From Candidatus Aminicenantales bacterium (GTDB taxonomy: Bacteria > Acidobacteriota > Aminicenantia > Aminicenantales > Saccharicenantaceae): DNA of 64,000 nucleotides. Shown here piece after piece: positions 1 to 9,334 of the stretch (position 1 is its first letter; every line of letters starts with the position of its first letter). The position numbers and the translations under genes were made by a program. The notes under the pieces are model-generated. The model did not search any database. It was not told where the DNA came from and worked only from the letters and a program-made list of their open reading frames with translations. Location: the NCBI GenBank assembly GCA_049512315.1, contig JBEKXF010000030.1, positions 1 through 64,000 on the forward strand, written 5' to 3'.

Positions 1-68
1 ACCAGGGACCGGATGTACTCGGCCCCTGGGACTATCGACCCGTAAATCGTCGACGACTTTAGATACAT
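1..68 (-). CDS. 5' end of an unidentified CDS running off the window (MYLKSSTIYGSIVPGAEYIRSL...)
   Basis: ATG at 68 with an open frame to the window edge; TATGAT -10-like box 10 nt upstream. Confidence 0.4.
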   Translation of the reverse strand, partial: MYLKSSTIYGSIVPGAEYIRSL

Positions 69-189
69 GGCGGCACCTATCATAGCCCAAGGTGTCACCT
101 ATGTATCTGAACGAGCTCAGCGCAGCGCGGCGAAAAACGGCGTTCTTTTCCCGGTGGACGAAGAGTTCCGGTTCAGACCGCCAACAGCC

Positions 190-1368
190 TCAGAAGCGGA
201 ATTTGACCCCGATCCTGAGGATCGTCCCGGTCAGGTTGAGCACGGCCAGGCGGGCGCCGACGATGCCGGACCCGGACGGCTCGGCCGAACGGACGAAGAG
301 AAGATTATGACTCCGGTCATCGGCCCCCTGCGCCTGGTAGTACCACAGGGACCCGGCCTCGGTCGAGGACGCGCCGGCCGAATTCCGGTACACGTCCGTG
401 CCGCTGAATTTACCGGGCTGGGCCAGCCGGAACCCCGCCTCGGAGAAAAAGAGGAGGCGCGGGCCGATCTTCCACTCGCCGCCGACCGCGACCTCCATCC
501 CCAAGGCATGGGCCTTCGCCCTCCCTTTCCATTCCTGCCAACTGACCTGGGATTCCACGAACGTGTAATCGTATCCCGCCTTGACCGAGTAGTAGGCGAA
601 GCTCCCCCGGATGTAGAAGTCCGGACGGGGGTAGAAACGGATCCCGACCTTGAAAGGAAGAGCCTCAACGATCGGCTTGGTCGTCGTGTTGGGGACGATG
701 AGCGAAAGGCCCCCGCCCGGGTAGTTGACCCGGCTCGAGCGCCGGCCCGTCAGGTAATCAACGCCCAGGCCGACCGAGAGGCGGGGATTGATCCTATAGA
801 AGACCTCGAAGGCGAGAAGGTAAGTCAGGCGGAGAGGGCCGACCGAGCCGCTGGCCGGAATGCCGAGAGAGGCCGCATTCGACCCGGCGAGCCCCTCGGC
901 CCCCTTGTTGAAATCGTCGGCGACGATCGTGCTCCCGCCGGCGGATAAAAAGATGTCGAGGGGGAGCAGGCTTGCGGGCCGGCCGGACTCGCCGCCCAGC
1001 CGGTCGCCCAGGGGCAGTTTCGGAGGTCCTGAGCCGGGCCGGGGCTCCCTCTCCGGTTTCGCCTCCGGGGCCTGGGACTGGTCCACGACGGTGACGAGGC
1101 TCTCGTGGATGTAACCGGCGATGACCCCGCCGTCCTCGAGGGTGTACCGGACGAGGTACCATTCCCCTTCCTTCCGGTCGGCTTCGAGGACTGTGCCCTC
1201 GGGGATCTGCTGGACGACGGCGCTCCCGAGGTCGGGTTTTTCCCTGAGGTTGGCCTGTTCGGCCGTGACCTTGATCTTGACCGTCCGGCCCAGGGCCGTC
1301 TGGGCTGGAAACACGAGGACCAGAAACAGCCCGATCATGGCCAGGAGGGAGAGCCCTTTTCTTGTCAT
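190..1368 (-). CDS. Secreted SH3-domain protein with a C-terminal outer-membrane beta-barrel
   Basis: Signal peptide; SH3b-like ANLREKP...GEWY...GYIHESLV; Pro-rich linker; amphipathic beta strands; terminal Phe (VKFRF). Confidence 0.7.
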   Translation of the reverse strand: MTRKGLSLLAMIGLFLVLVFPAQTALGRTVKIKVTAEQANLREKPDLGSAVVQQIPEGTVLEADRKEGEWYLVRYTLEDGGVIAGYIHESLVTVVDQSQAPEAKPEREPRPGSGPPKLPLGDRLGGESGRPASLLPLDIFLSAGGSTIVADDFNKGAEGLAGSNAASLGIPASGSVGPLRLTYLLAFEVFYRINPRLSVGLGVDYLTGRRSSRVNYPGGGLSLIVPNTTTKPIVEALPFKVGIRFYPRPDFYIRGSFAYYSVKAGYDYTFVESQVSWQEWKGRAKAHALGMEVAVGGEWKIGPRLLFFSEAGFRLAQPGKFSGTDVYRNSAGASSTEAGSLWYYQAQGADDRSHNLLFVRSAEPSGSGIVGARLAVLNLTGTILRIGVKFRF

Positions 1369-1453
1369 GGTTCTTACCTTGGGCCCATTATAGTTCAGAT
1401 TCCCAAGCCTTGAGAAGGGGACGGCGTCGCCTCCGGCTTGACGGAATTCCGGC

Positions 1454-4400
1454 CTATTCGTACTCGGCCCAGTGCTTGGCCGCGAGGCTTTCGAGAGGGT
1501 GGTCGGCGATGGCGTTGACGAAAAGGTCGGCGACCTGGAGATTGGTCAGGATCGGGATGGAGAAGTCGACGGCCATCCGCCTCAGACGGTAATCGGAGTC
1601 GAATTCGACCCGCTTCCCCGGATTGGGAATGGAGATGACGAAATCGATCTTGCGGCCGGCGATGTAGTCGCGGATATTGGGCCCTCTCCGCTCGTGGACC
1701 TTGAAGAGCCGTGTGTTCGGGATCCCGTTCTCGCGGAGGAAGTTCGAAGTGTGCTCGGTGGCGTAAAGGTGGAGGCCCAGGGCGTGGAGTTTGCGGGCCG
1801 GATCGAGGAAGCGGTGCTTGGAGGTCTCGCCGCCGATCGTCAGGAGGACGTTTTTCCTGGGGAAGCGGAAACCGGCGGACAGAAGGGCTTTGAGGAACGC
1901 TTCGTGGATGTCGTCGCCCAGGCAGGCCACCTCCCCGGTCGAGGCCATCTCGACGCCGAGGGTGGGGTCGGCGCCCTTGAGCCGGGAGAAGGAGAATTGG
2001 GGCGCCTTGACCCCCACGTAGTTCAGGTCGAGGGTCGTCTTTCGGTTCCGGACGGGCTGGCCCATCATGGCGGCCACGGCGAGCTCGATGAAGTTCGTCC
2101 GGGCCACCTTGGACACGAAGGGGAAGGAGCGCGAAGCCCGGAGGTTGCACTCGATGACCTTGATCTCGTTATCTTTGGCGATGAACTGGATGTTGAAGGG
2201 GCCGGTGATCCGGAGGGCCCCGGCGATCTCCCGGCCGATCTCCCGGATCCGGCGGATGGTCTCGATGTAGAGCTTCTGCGGCGGCAGGACCATGGTCGCG
2301 TCCCCGGAATGGACGCCGGCGTTCTCGACGTGTTCGATGATCGCCGAGGCGATGACCTCGCCGCGATCGGCCACGGCGTCGAGCTCGATCTCCTTGGCGT
2401 TCATGATGAACTTGGAGATCACGACCGGGTATTCGGGGCTGACGAGAGAGGCCTTGTGGAGATAGCGGTCGAGGAAGCGCTCGTTGAAGACGATGCTCAT
2501 GGCCGCCCCGCTCAGGACGTAGGACGGCCGGATGAGGACAGGGTAGCCGATGGAGCGGGAGAAGGTCTTGGCCTCGCGGGGGCTCCGGAGCTCCTTCCAC
2601 TCGGGCTGGTCCACGCCAAGCTCGTCGAGGAGTTTCGAGAACTTGTAGCGGTTCTCGGCCCGGTCGATGCTCGCCGGCGGCGTCCCGAGGACCCGCATCC
2701 CGGCCCGATGGCACTTGAGGGCGATGTTGTTCGGGATCTGGCCGCCCATGGAGAGGAGGATGCCGAGAGGCTTTTCCTTTTCATAGATATCGAGGACCCG
2801 CTCGAAGCTCAGCTCGTCGAAATAGAGCCGGTCGCAGATGTCGTAGTCTGTGGACACGGTCTCCGGGTTGTAGTTGACCATCAGGGTCGTAAATCCCATT
2901 TTCTTGAGGGCCAGGGCGGCGTTGACGCAGCACCAGTCGAACTCGACCGAGGAGCCGATGCTGTAGGAACCCGAGCCGAGGACCATGACCTTTTTTGACC
3001 CGCCGCGGCCGTTCCGGAAGGAGACATCGTCCTCGCGGCCGTTGTAGGTCACGTAGAGGTAATTGGTCCGGGCCGGGTATTCGGCGGCCAGGGTGTCGAT
3101 CTGTTTGATGGCCGGCACGATCCCGACCTGCTTCCGCTTCCTCCGGACGCGCGTCTCGGTCGAGCCCGAGAGGAGGGCGATCTGCTTGTCGGAGAACCCC
3201 TTCCGCTTGGCCTCGAGGAGGAGGTCCGGCGGGAGCCCGCCGAGCTTGCGGGCCCGGAGCTTGGCCTCGCAGTCGACGATGTTCTTGATCTTGTAAAGGA
3301 ACCACCTGTCGATGCGGGTCAGCTCGTGGATCCGCTGGACGGCCATCCCCTTCTTGAGGGCCTCGGCGATTCCGAAGAGCCGCTCGTCGGTCGGATGGCG
3401 GAGCTCCTTCTCCAGGTTCTCGAACGAGTAGTTCTCGTTGGTGACCAGGCCGTACATCCCGATCTGGAGCATCCGGGCCGCCTTCTGGATGGCCTCCTCG
3501 AACGACCGGCCGACGGCCATGACCTCGCCCACCGACTTCATCTCGGAGCCGATCTTCTTCGAGACGCGGCCGAACTTTTTGAGGTCCCAGCGCGGGATCT
3601 TGACGACGAGATAGTCCAGGGCCGGCTCGAAGCAGGCCGAGGTAACCCTGGTGATGGAATTCGGAAGGTCCGGGAGAAGGTGGCCCAGGACGAGCTTGGC
3701 GGCGATGAAGGCCAGGGGGTAGCCCGTGGCCTTGCTGGCCAGGGCCGAGCTCCGCGAAAGTCGCGCGTTGACCTCGATGATCCGGTAGTCGCCGTTGCGC
3801 GGGTTGAGGGCGAACTGGATGTTGCACTCGCCGACGATGCCCAGGTGCCGGACGGTCCGGATCGAGATCTCGCGGAGGCGGTGGTACTCCTCGTTCGTCA
3901 GCGTCTGGGACGGGGCGATGACGATGCTCTCCCCGGTGTGGATCCCCATAGGGTCGAAGTTCTCCATGTTGCAGACGGTGATGCAGTTGTCGGCCCTGTC
4001 CCGGACGACCTCGTACTCGATCTCCTTCCAGCCGGCGAGGTATTCTTCGATGAGGACCTGAGGCGCAGAGGCGAAGGCCTTCCGGAGCGCCTCGCGGAGC
4101 TCGCGGGGGGTTGCGGACATGCCGCTTCCCTTCCCTCCCAGGGCGTAGGCCACGCGGGCCATGACCGGGTAGCCGATGGAGCCGGCCGCCCGGAGCCCTG
4201 CCTCGACCGTCCGGACCGCGATGCCGCGGGGCGTTTTCAGCCGGCACTGGGCCAGGGCCCGGTTGAAGAGCTCCCGGTCCTCGGTCTTTTCAATGGCCTC
4301 CATCGGCGAGCCGAGGACGGGCACCTTGTGTTTCCGGAGGACCCCGCTCCGGGAGAGGGCGACGCCGCAGTTGAGGGCCGTCTGGCCGCCGAAGGAAAGC

Positions 4401-4651
4401 AGGATCCCGTCGGGCTTTTCCCTGGCGATGACCTGTTCCGTGAAATACGGCGTGACCGGGAGGAAGTAGACCCGGTCGGCCAGGTGCTCGGACGTCTGGA
4501 TGGTGGCGATATTGGGGTTGACGAGGACGACCTCGAGGCCTTCCTCTTTGAGGGCCTTGATGGCCTGGCTCCCGGAATAATCGAACTCGCCGGCCTCGCC
4601 GATCTTGAGCGCCCCGCTGCCGAGGATCAGGACCCGGCCCGGCTTCCTCAT
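1454..4651 (-). CDS. carB: Carbamoyl-phosphate synthase large subunit
   Basis: GSGALKIGEAGEFDYSG, NMENFDPMGIHTGES, duplicated ATP-grasp halves, MGS-like C-terminal domain. Confidence 0.98.
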   Translation of the reverse strand: MRKPGRVLILGSGALKIGEAGEFDYSGSQAIKALKEEGLEVVLVNPNIATIQTSEHLADRVYFLPVTPYFTEQVIAREKPDGILLSFGGQTALNCGVALSRSGVLRKHKVPVLGSPMEAIEKTEDRELFNRALAQCRLKTPRGIAVRTVEAGLRAAGSIGYPVMARVAYALGGKGSGMSATPRELREALRKAFASAPQVLIEEYLAGWKEIEYEVVRDRADNCITVCNMENFDPMGIHTGESIVIAPSQTLTNEEYHRLREISIRTVRHLGIVGECNIQFALNPRNGDYRIIEVNARLSRSSALASKATGYPLAFIAAKLVLGHLLPDLPNSITRVTSACFEPALDYLVVKIPRWDLKKFGRVSKKIGSEMKSVGEVMAVGRSFEEAIQKAARMLQIGMYGLVTNENYSFENLEKELRHPTDERLFGIAEALKKGMAVQRIHELTRIDRWFLYKIKNIVDCEAKLRARKLGGLPPDLLLEAKRKGFSDKQIALLSGSTETRVRRKRKQVGIVPAIKQIDTLAAEYPARTNYLYVTYNGREDDVSFRNGRGGSKKVMVLGSGSYSIGSSVEFDWCCVNAALALKKMGFTTLMVNYNPETVSTDYDICDRLYFDELSFERVLDIYEKEKPLGILLSMGGQIPNNIALKCHRAGMRVLGTPPASIDRAENRYKFSKLLDELGVDQPEWKELRSPREAKTFSRSIGYPVLIRPSYVLSGAAMSIVFNERFLDRYLHKASLVSPEYPVVISKFIMNAKEIELDAVADRGEVIASAIIEHVENAGVHSGDATMVLPPQKLYIETIRRIREIGREIAGALRITGPFNIQFIAKDNEIKVIECNLRASRSFPFVSKVARTNFIELAVAAMMGQPVRNRKTTLDLNYVGVKAPQFSFSRLKGADPTLGVEMASTGEVACLGDDIHEAFLKALLSAGFRFPRKNVLLTIGGETSKHRFLDPARKLHALGLHLYATEHTSNFLRENGIPNTRLFKVHERRGPNIRDYIAGRKIDFVISIPNPGKRVEFDSDYRLRRMAVDFSIPILTNLQVADLFVNAIADHPLESLAAKHWAEYE

Positions 4652-5727
4652 CCGGTCGCCCCCAGAAACTCATCGAAAAGGAACTCCGTGTCGGTCGGGC
4701 CCGGGCAGGCCTCGGGGTGGAACTGGACGCTCCAGAACGGCCGGCGGCGGTGCCGGATCCCCTCATTCGTCCCGTCGTTGGCGTTCGTGAACCAGGGGGC
4801 CCAGTCGCGCGGCAGGGTTTCCCTGTCGACGGCGAAGCCGTGGTTCTGGCTCGTGATGTAGCAGCGCTTCGTCCCTTCCTCGAGGCAGGGCTGGTTCTGG
4901 CTGCGGTGTCCGAACTTGAGCTTATACGTGTCGGCCCCGGCGGCCAGGGCCAGGATCTGGTTGCCCAGGCAGATCCCGAAGACGGGCAGGCCCTCGCGCA
5001 TGAGCCTCCGGACGGTGGCGATGGTCGCCGGAACGCGCTTGGGGTCGCCCGGACCGTTCGAGACGACGACCGCACGGGGCGAGAAGGACAGGATCCGGGC
5101 CAGGTCCGTATCGGCGGGAACGCGGACGACGGAGACGCCGCGGCGGGCCAGGCTGCGGATGATGCCCTGCTTCGCCCCGCAGTCGATGAGGACGACGGAG
5201 GTCCGGGCCCTCGGGTTGTAGATCCGGATCTCGGGCGTCGTGACCTCGGCCACGAGGTCGCGGGCGTTGGGGTCCGGGAGGTCGCGGGCCTCGGCCCGGA
5301 GGGTCCGGGGGCTGAGGGGGGCGTCCGCGACGGCCAGAAGGCCGGGCATGACGCCGTGGACGCGGAGCTTCTTGGTCAGGGCCCGGGTATCGACCCCGGC
5401 GATCGCCGGCACCCCGCTCTCGCGGAGCCAGTCGTTGAGCGTCTTCGTCGAGGCCGCGTGCGATGGCTTTTCGCAGAGCTCCGAGACGATGTAGCCGGCG
5501 ATCCGGGGCCGGTCCGATTCAAAGCTCGCTGGGTTGACCCCGTAATTGCCGATGAGAGGGTACGTCTGGCAGAGGATTTGGCCGTGGTAGGATGGGTCGG
5601 TGATACTCTCCGGGTAGCCGACGATCCCGGTATTGAAAACGACTTCCCCCCCGATCTTGGCGGACGCGCCGTAACCTACGCCCTCGTAGACGCTTCCGTC
5701 CGCAAGGGCCAGAATGGCTTTCCGGAT
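4648..5727 (-). CDS. carA: Carbamoyl-phosphate synthase small subunit (start uncertain; ATC at 5727 proposed)
   Basis: GEVVFNT, SNGPGDP, GICLGNQ (catalytic Cys), SQNHGF, QFHPEA; stop overlaps the carB start. Confidence 0.95.
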   Translation of the reverse strand: MRKAILALADGSVYEGVGYGASAKIGGEVVFNTGIVGYPESITDPSYHGQILCQTYPLIGNYGVNPASFESDRPRIAGYIVSELCEKPSHAASTKTLNDWLRESGVPAIAGVDTRALTKKLRVHGVMPGLLAVADAPLSPRTLRAEARDLPDPNARDLVAEVTTPEIRIYNPRARTSVVLIDCGAKQGIIRSLARRGVSVVRVPADTDLARILSFSPRAVVVSNGPGDPKRVPATIATVRRLMREGLPVFGICLGNQILALAAGADTYKLKFGHRSQNQPCLEEGTKRCYITSQNHGFAVDRETLPRDWAPWFTNANDGTNEGIRHRRRPFWSVQFHPEACPGPTDTEFLFDEFLGATG

Positions 5728-5756
5728 GGGGCTTGCCTCCGTCTCATTTTCGGTGC

Positions 5757-5785
5757 AGTATAGCACAGGCGCCTCTGCCGCTCAA
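5757..5785 (-). promoter_or_regulatory. sigma70-type promoter of carAB
   Basis: TTGAGC-17 bp-TATACT with TG extension. Confidence 0.7.
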
Positions 5786-5958
5786 GGGGGATCGGGGAAC
5801 TATCGGGAGCAGGCCGGACCATCTCCGGAAGGCGGGAATATCACCCCGAGAATCATCCTCCCTGAGCATGGCTCTCCCCCTGGGACTCTGGGAAAATGGT
5901 CGCGGGACCCCCCCCAACGTCATCCGTCTGTGGTACGATAGACGAAAGGAGATTTTTC

Positions 5959-7938
5959 GTGTCTGTGAACGAGGGCTCCGGGACGGCCGCCGAGAAACCC
6001 CCGGCCTCCCCGGCCAGCCGGGACGAGCTCATCGGTGAGTTCCTGAGAACGCTTCGGGTGGCTTTCAAGCTGGGGGCGATCTATAGTCTGGAGCACCCGG
6101 CCTTCAAAAAGACCATCGACGAGCTGATGGTCAAGACCGAAGCCATTTTCCAATTCCTCAACCCCCTGAGCATCGGCTTCACTCCGCATTCCCTCTTCGT
6201 CGACAACCGGTTCTGGGAAGGCGACCGGACCTATTGGGACTTGGCCCAGGTCTTCCATTACCGCAAGGTCAAGCGGCTCGAGATCCGTCCGGGCATCCCC
6301 CACAGCGAATTCCTGAGGTTCGCCTCCAAGTTCATGCTGCCCGTCAAGGCCTTCATTCAGGAAGGCGGTGCCCTCAACATCCTGAAGAAAGAGAACCTCA
6401 CCCACATCTCCCTGGACGTGCTGGATTATTCCCAGCTCCTGGTGGGCGAGGGAGAGGAGATCAAGGACATCTGGCCCTATCTCCTCATGGAAGCGGTGGA
6501 AGAGAACGACGGCCAGAAGCTCGACCAGCTGGCGGTGAGCTTCGAGAAGGTCGTCGGGAAGTTCAACACCGAGGACCTCATCCAGAACGAGGAGCTCCAC
6601 AAGAACTTCGTCAAGTTCTTCCAGTACCTCAAGGAAACGTCCGGGGAGAAGCACCGGACCTGCGCCAGGAGCCTGCTCCGGACGGCCATGACGGGCCGGA
6701 AGACCCTGCCGGAATCGAAGTTCGAGAACCTGAAACTCCTGCTCTCCGACCTGACGGAGAAGGACCTCGCCTCGACCCTCTGGGAGGAGATCATCGGGAA
6801 CGAGAAGTTCGACTCCCTGAGTTTCAGCATCTTCTGCAAGATCACCGACAAGGAGCGGCACAAGAAGGTGGCGACGTCCCTCCACGAGCTGTTCGAGACC
6901 GATGACCCGCAGAACCGGAAGGCCGAGGTGGAAACCAAGATCAAGATCCTCCTTTCGGGCACTTCGGGGCAGCTCCACTCCGAGATCTACCGCCAGACCC
7001 TGTCCGCCCTGCTGACCGAGATCTCCTTCGACAAGAAGACGACCTTCGACCATCAGCTCCTCCAGAGGAACTACCGGTTTATCCTGATCAACCTGCTGGC
7101 CCGGGAGCCGGCGGGGGAGATGGCGGTCACCCAGCTCGAAAGGATTATCGAGGAATGGGAGCGCGTCGATCAGGAACAGGATTTCGATTTCCTGGAGTGC
7201 CTGTTCGAAGTCCTCGAGGGCCGAGCCGCGGACTTGGCCGCCGAGCCGTCCTTCCAGAAGCTCCGGAAAGCCCTCTCGGAGCTCGTCGAAAGCGGCATCC
7301 TCCGGGGGGACAGCCGGCCCGAGCTTGACCTCTTCGTCGGGAAATTGGCGGAGAGCGTCCATGACCGTCAGGATTACCTCGACCGGATCTTCAAGGACAA
7401 GACGGTGACGCCCACGCTGCTCCGGGCCTATTTCCGGTTCTTCGCCTCCCACCGGGACGACTTCGACGCGGCGGTCAAGCGGAAAGCCTCCGACAGCGAC
7501 CTCCTCTGCCGGATCGCCGACAGCCTGAAGCTCCTGGACACTCCGGTGTCCCTGGCCACGCTCGAAATGATCTACCCCCTCGGCGACGCGAAGGTCAAGG
7601 TCCATGTCCTGCAGGCCATGCAGAAACTCAATGAATTCGATGAGACCTTCCTCTTCCCGGTCCTCGGATCCAAGGACCCGCTCATCCAGGCCGAGGCCCT
7701 GATCCTCCTGATGAGGAACGAGCGGACCAAGCACGTCGCCTTCGCCAAGCTGTTCAAGCTGCAGTCTCCCTACGGGATCCGGAACAAGGCCCTCATCCGC
7801 CACATCCGGCTCGTCGAGGAGAAGGATCTCCGGGCCGCCGATCTCTACGTCGAACCGCTAGCCCAGCGAAAAGATCTTTGGAACCGCAAGGTCCGCCAGG
7901 AGGCCCTGCGCGTTTTGGAGAAATGGCGTGAGGGATAA
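5959..7938 (+). CDS. Large alpha-helical protein with HEAT/ARM-like C-terminal repeats
   Basis: AAGGAG then GTG at 5959; coding-like codon usage; helical repeats at the C-terminus; overlaps the next gene. Confidence 0.75.
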   Translation: MSVNEGSGTAAEKPPASPASRDELIGEFLRTLRVAFKLGAIYSLEHPAFKKTIDELMVKTEAIFQFLNPLSIGFTPHSLFVDNRFWEGDRTYWDLAQVFHYRKVKRLEIRPGIPHSEFLRFASKFMLPVKAFIQEGGALNILKKENLTHISLDVLDYSQLLVGEGEEIKDIWPYLLMEAVEENDGQKLDQLAVSFEKVVGKFNTEDLIQNEELHKNFVKFFQYLKETSGEKHRTCARSLLRTAMTGRKTLPESKFENLKLLLSDLTEKDLASTLWEEIIGNEKFDSLSFSIFCKITDKERHKKVATSLHELFETDDPQNRKAEVETKIKILLSGTSGQLHSEIYRQTLSALLTEISFDKKTTFDHQLLQRNYRFILINLLAREPAGEMAVTQLERIIEEWERVDQEQDFDFLECLFEVLEGRAADLAAEPSFQKLRKALSELVESGILRGDSRPELDLFVGKLAESVHDRQDYLDRIFKDKTVTPTLLRAYFRFFASHRDDFDAAVKRKASDSDLLCRIADSLKLLDTPVSLATLEMIYPLGDAKVKVHVLQAMQKLNEFDETFLFPVLGSKDPLIQAEALILLMRNERTKHVAFAKLFKLQSPYGIRNKALIRHIRLVEEKDLRAADLYVEPLAQRKDLWNRKVRQEALRVLEKWREG

Positions 7939-9274
7939 AGCCAAGCTCTGTTTCATCTATCTCATGAACGCCATCCAGGCGGGGAAGATCTACGCGGGGG
8001 AGCATCCCAAATTCACGGAGTACCTGGAAAAGCTCTACGCCGGGATCCAGGAGATCCTGGAGGACCGGCAGGAGCTTGTCTTGGGCATCATCGGCGACGA
8101 ACCGGCCTGGGAGGACGAGATCTTTTTCAACCTCCGCGGCAAGCTCGCTCCGCTCATCGATTTCCTGGGGAAGAACGACGTCGAAAGGATCGTTTTCCAG
8201 CAGGGCCTGCGGTTCGAGGAGGTCCGCCAGTTCATCATCTTCCTGACCCGGACGAAGAAGCTCTCGAACGTGAGCGAACAGGAGTACTTCAATCTCCACG
8301 GCATCCAGAATATCCGCGCCGGCCGGGTCCGGGCCCTGGTCAAGACCGAGGGCGGCGAGGCCGAGGCCGCCCAGCTGGCGACGAGGTTCGAAAGCTCGGT
8401 CCAGACCGTCTCCCATTCCGTCAACCTCGTTCTCGAGGAGGAGGAGATCGACTATCTCGACCTGAGGTTCAACATCCTCGGCATCATGGAGGATTTCGTC
8501 GGCCGCCATCAGGAGCTCCTCAACCTGATCTCCGTCAAGAGGAGGGACCTCGTGACGTTCGTCCATCTCCTCAACGTCTCGCTCCTGGCGATGTTCTTCG
8601 CCTCCAAGCTCGATTTCGCCAAGGATGAGGTCCTGGACCTCGGCATCGCCGCCCTCTATCACGACGTCGGCAAGCTTTACATCTCGAAAAAGATCATCCA
8701 GAAAAAGAGTGCCCTGTCGGAAAAGGAATTCGGCCAGATCCGGAATCACCCCCTCCTCGGGGCCAAGATCCTCGAAGGCTACAAAGACTCGCTCGGGATC
8801 CTCCCGATGATCGTCGCCTACGAGCATCATCTCCGCTACGACCTGACCGGCTATCCGAAGGCGGCCTTCCCTCGGCGGCCCCATCCCGCCTCCATGATGA
8901 TCGCGATCTGCGACGTCTACGACGCCTTGGCCCTCAAACGGTCGTACAAGAAGGATTATCCACCCGATAAGATCTACGAGGTGATGATGCTCGACAAGGG
9001 GAAGAATTTCGACCCCCAGCTCCTGGACAAGTTCTTCCAGTTCACGGGCGTCTGGCCGGTCGGGACCCTGGTCTCACTGAGCGACCAGAGGATCGGCGTT
9101 GTCCGGCAGGTCCACGAGCAGGCCATCTTCAGCCCGACCGTCGAAGTGATCGCCCCGGATAGCCGGGGGGAGATGATCGACCTCGTCAAAGAGAAGGACA
9201 TCCGGGTCAAGGCCTCCCTGAACCCCCAGGGCGAAGGGAAATCCTATCTGCCATTCATCGCCGGCCCGGCCTGA
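7928..9274 (+). CDS. HD-GYP domain protein (putative c-di-GMP phosphodiesterase)
   Basis: YHDVGK, HHLRYDLTGYP, ICDVYDAL, KRSYK, FDP motifs. Confidence 0.9.
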   Translation: MRDKAKLCFIYLMNAIQAGKIYAGEHPKFTEYLEKLYAGIQEILEDRQELVLGIIGDEPAWEDEIFFNLRGKLAPLIDFLGKNDVERIVFQQGLRFEEVRQFIIFLTRTKKLSNVSEQEYFNLHGIQNIRAGRVRALVKTEGGEAEAAQLATRFESSVQTVSHSVNLVLEEEEIDYLDLRFNILGIMEDFVGRHQELLNLISVKRRDLVTFVHLLNVSLLAMFFASKLDFAKDEVLDLGIAALYHDVGKLYISKKIIQKKSALSEKEFGQIRNHPLLGAKILEGYKDSLGILPMIVAYEHHLRYDLTGYPKAAFPRRPHPASMMIAICDVYDALALKRSYKKDYPPDKIYEVMMLDKGKNFDPQLLDKFFQFTGVWPVGTLVSLSDQRIGVVRQVHEQAIFSPTVEVIAPDSRGEMIDLVKEKDIRVKASLNPQGEGKSYLPFIAGPA

Positions 9275-9334
9275 CCTTGCGGAAACCCGGCGATAAGATG
9301 TATATATCGTCCTATCACGGATAAGGAGGCACCG

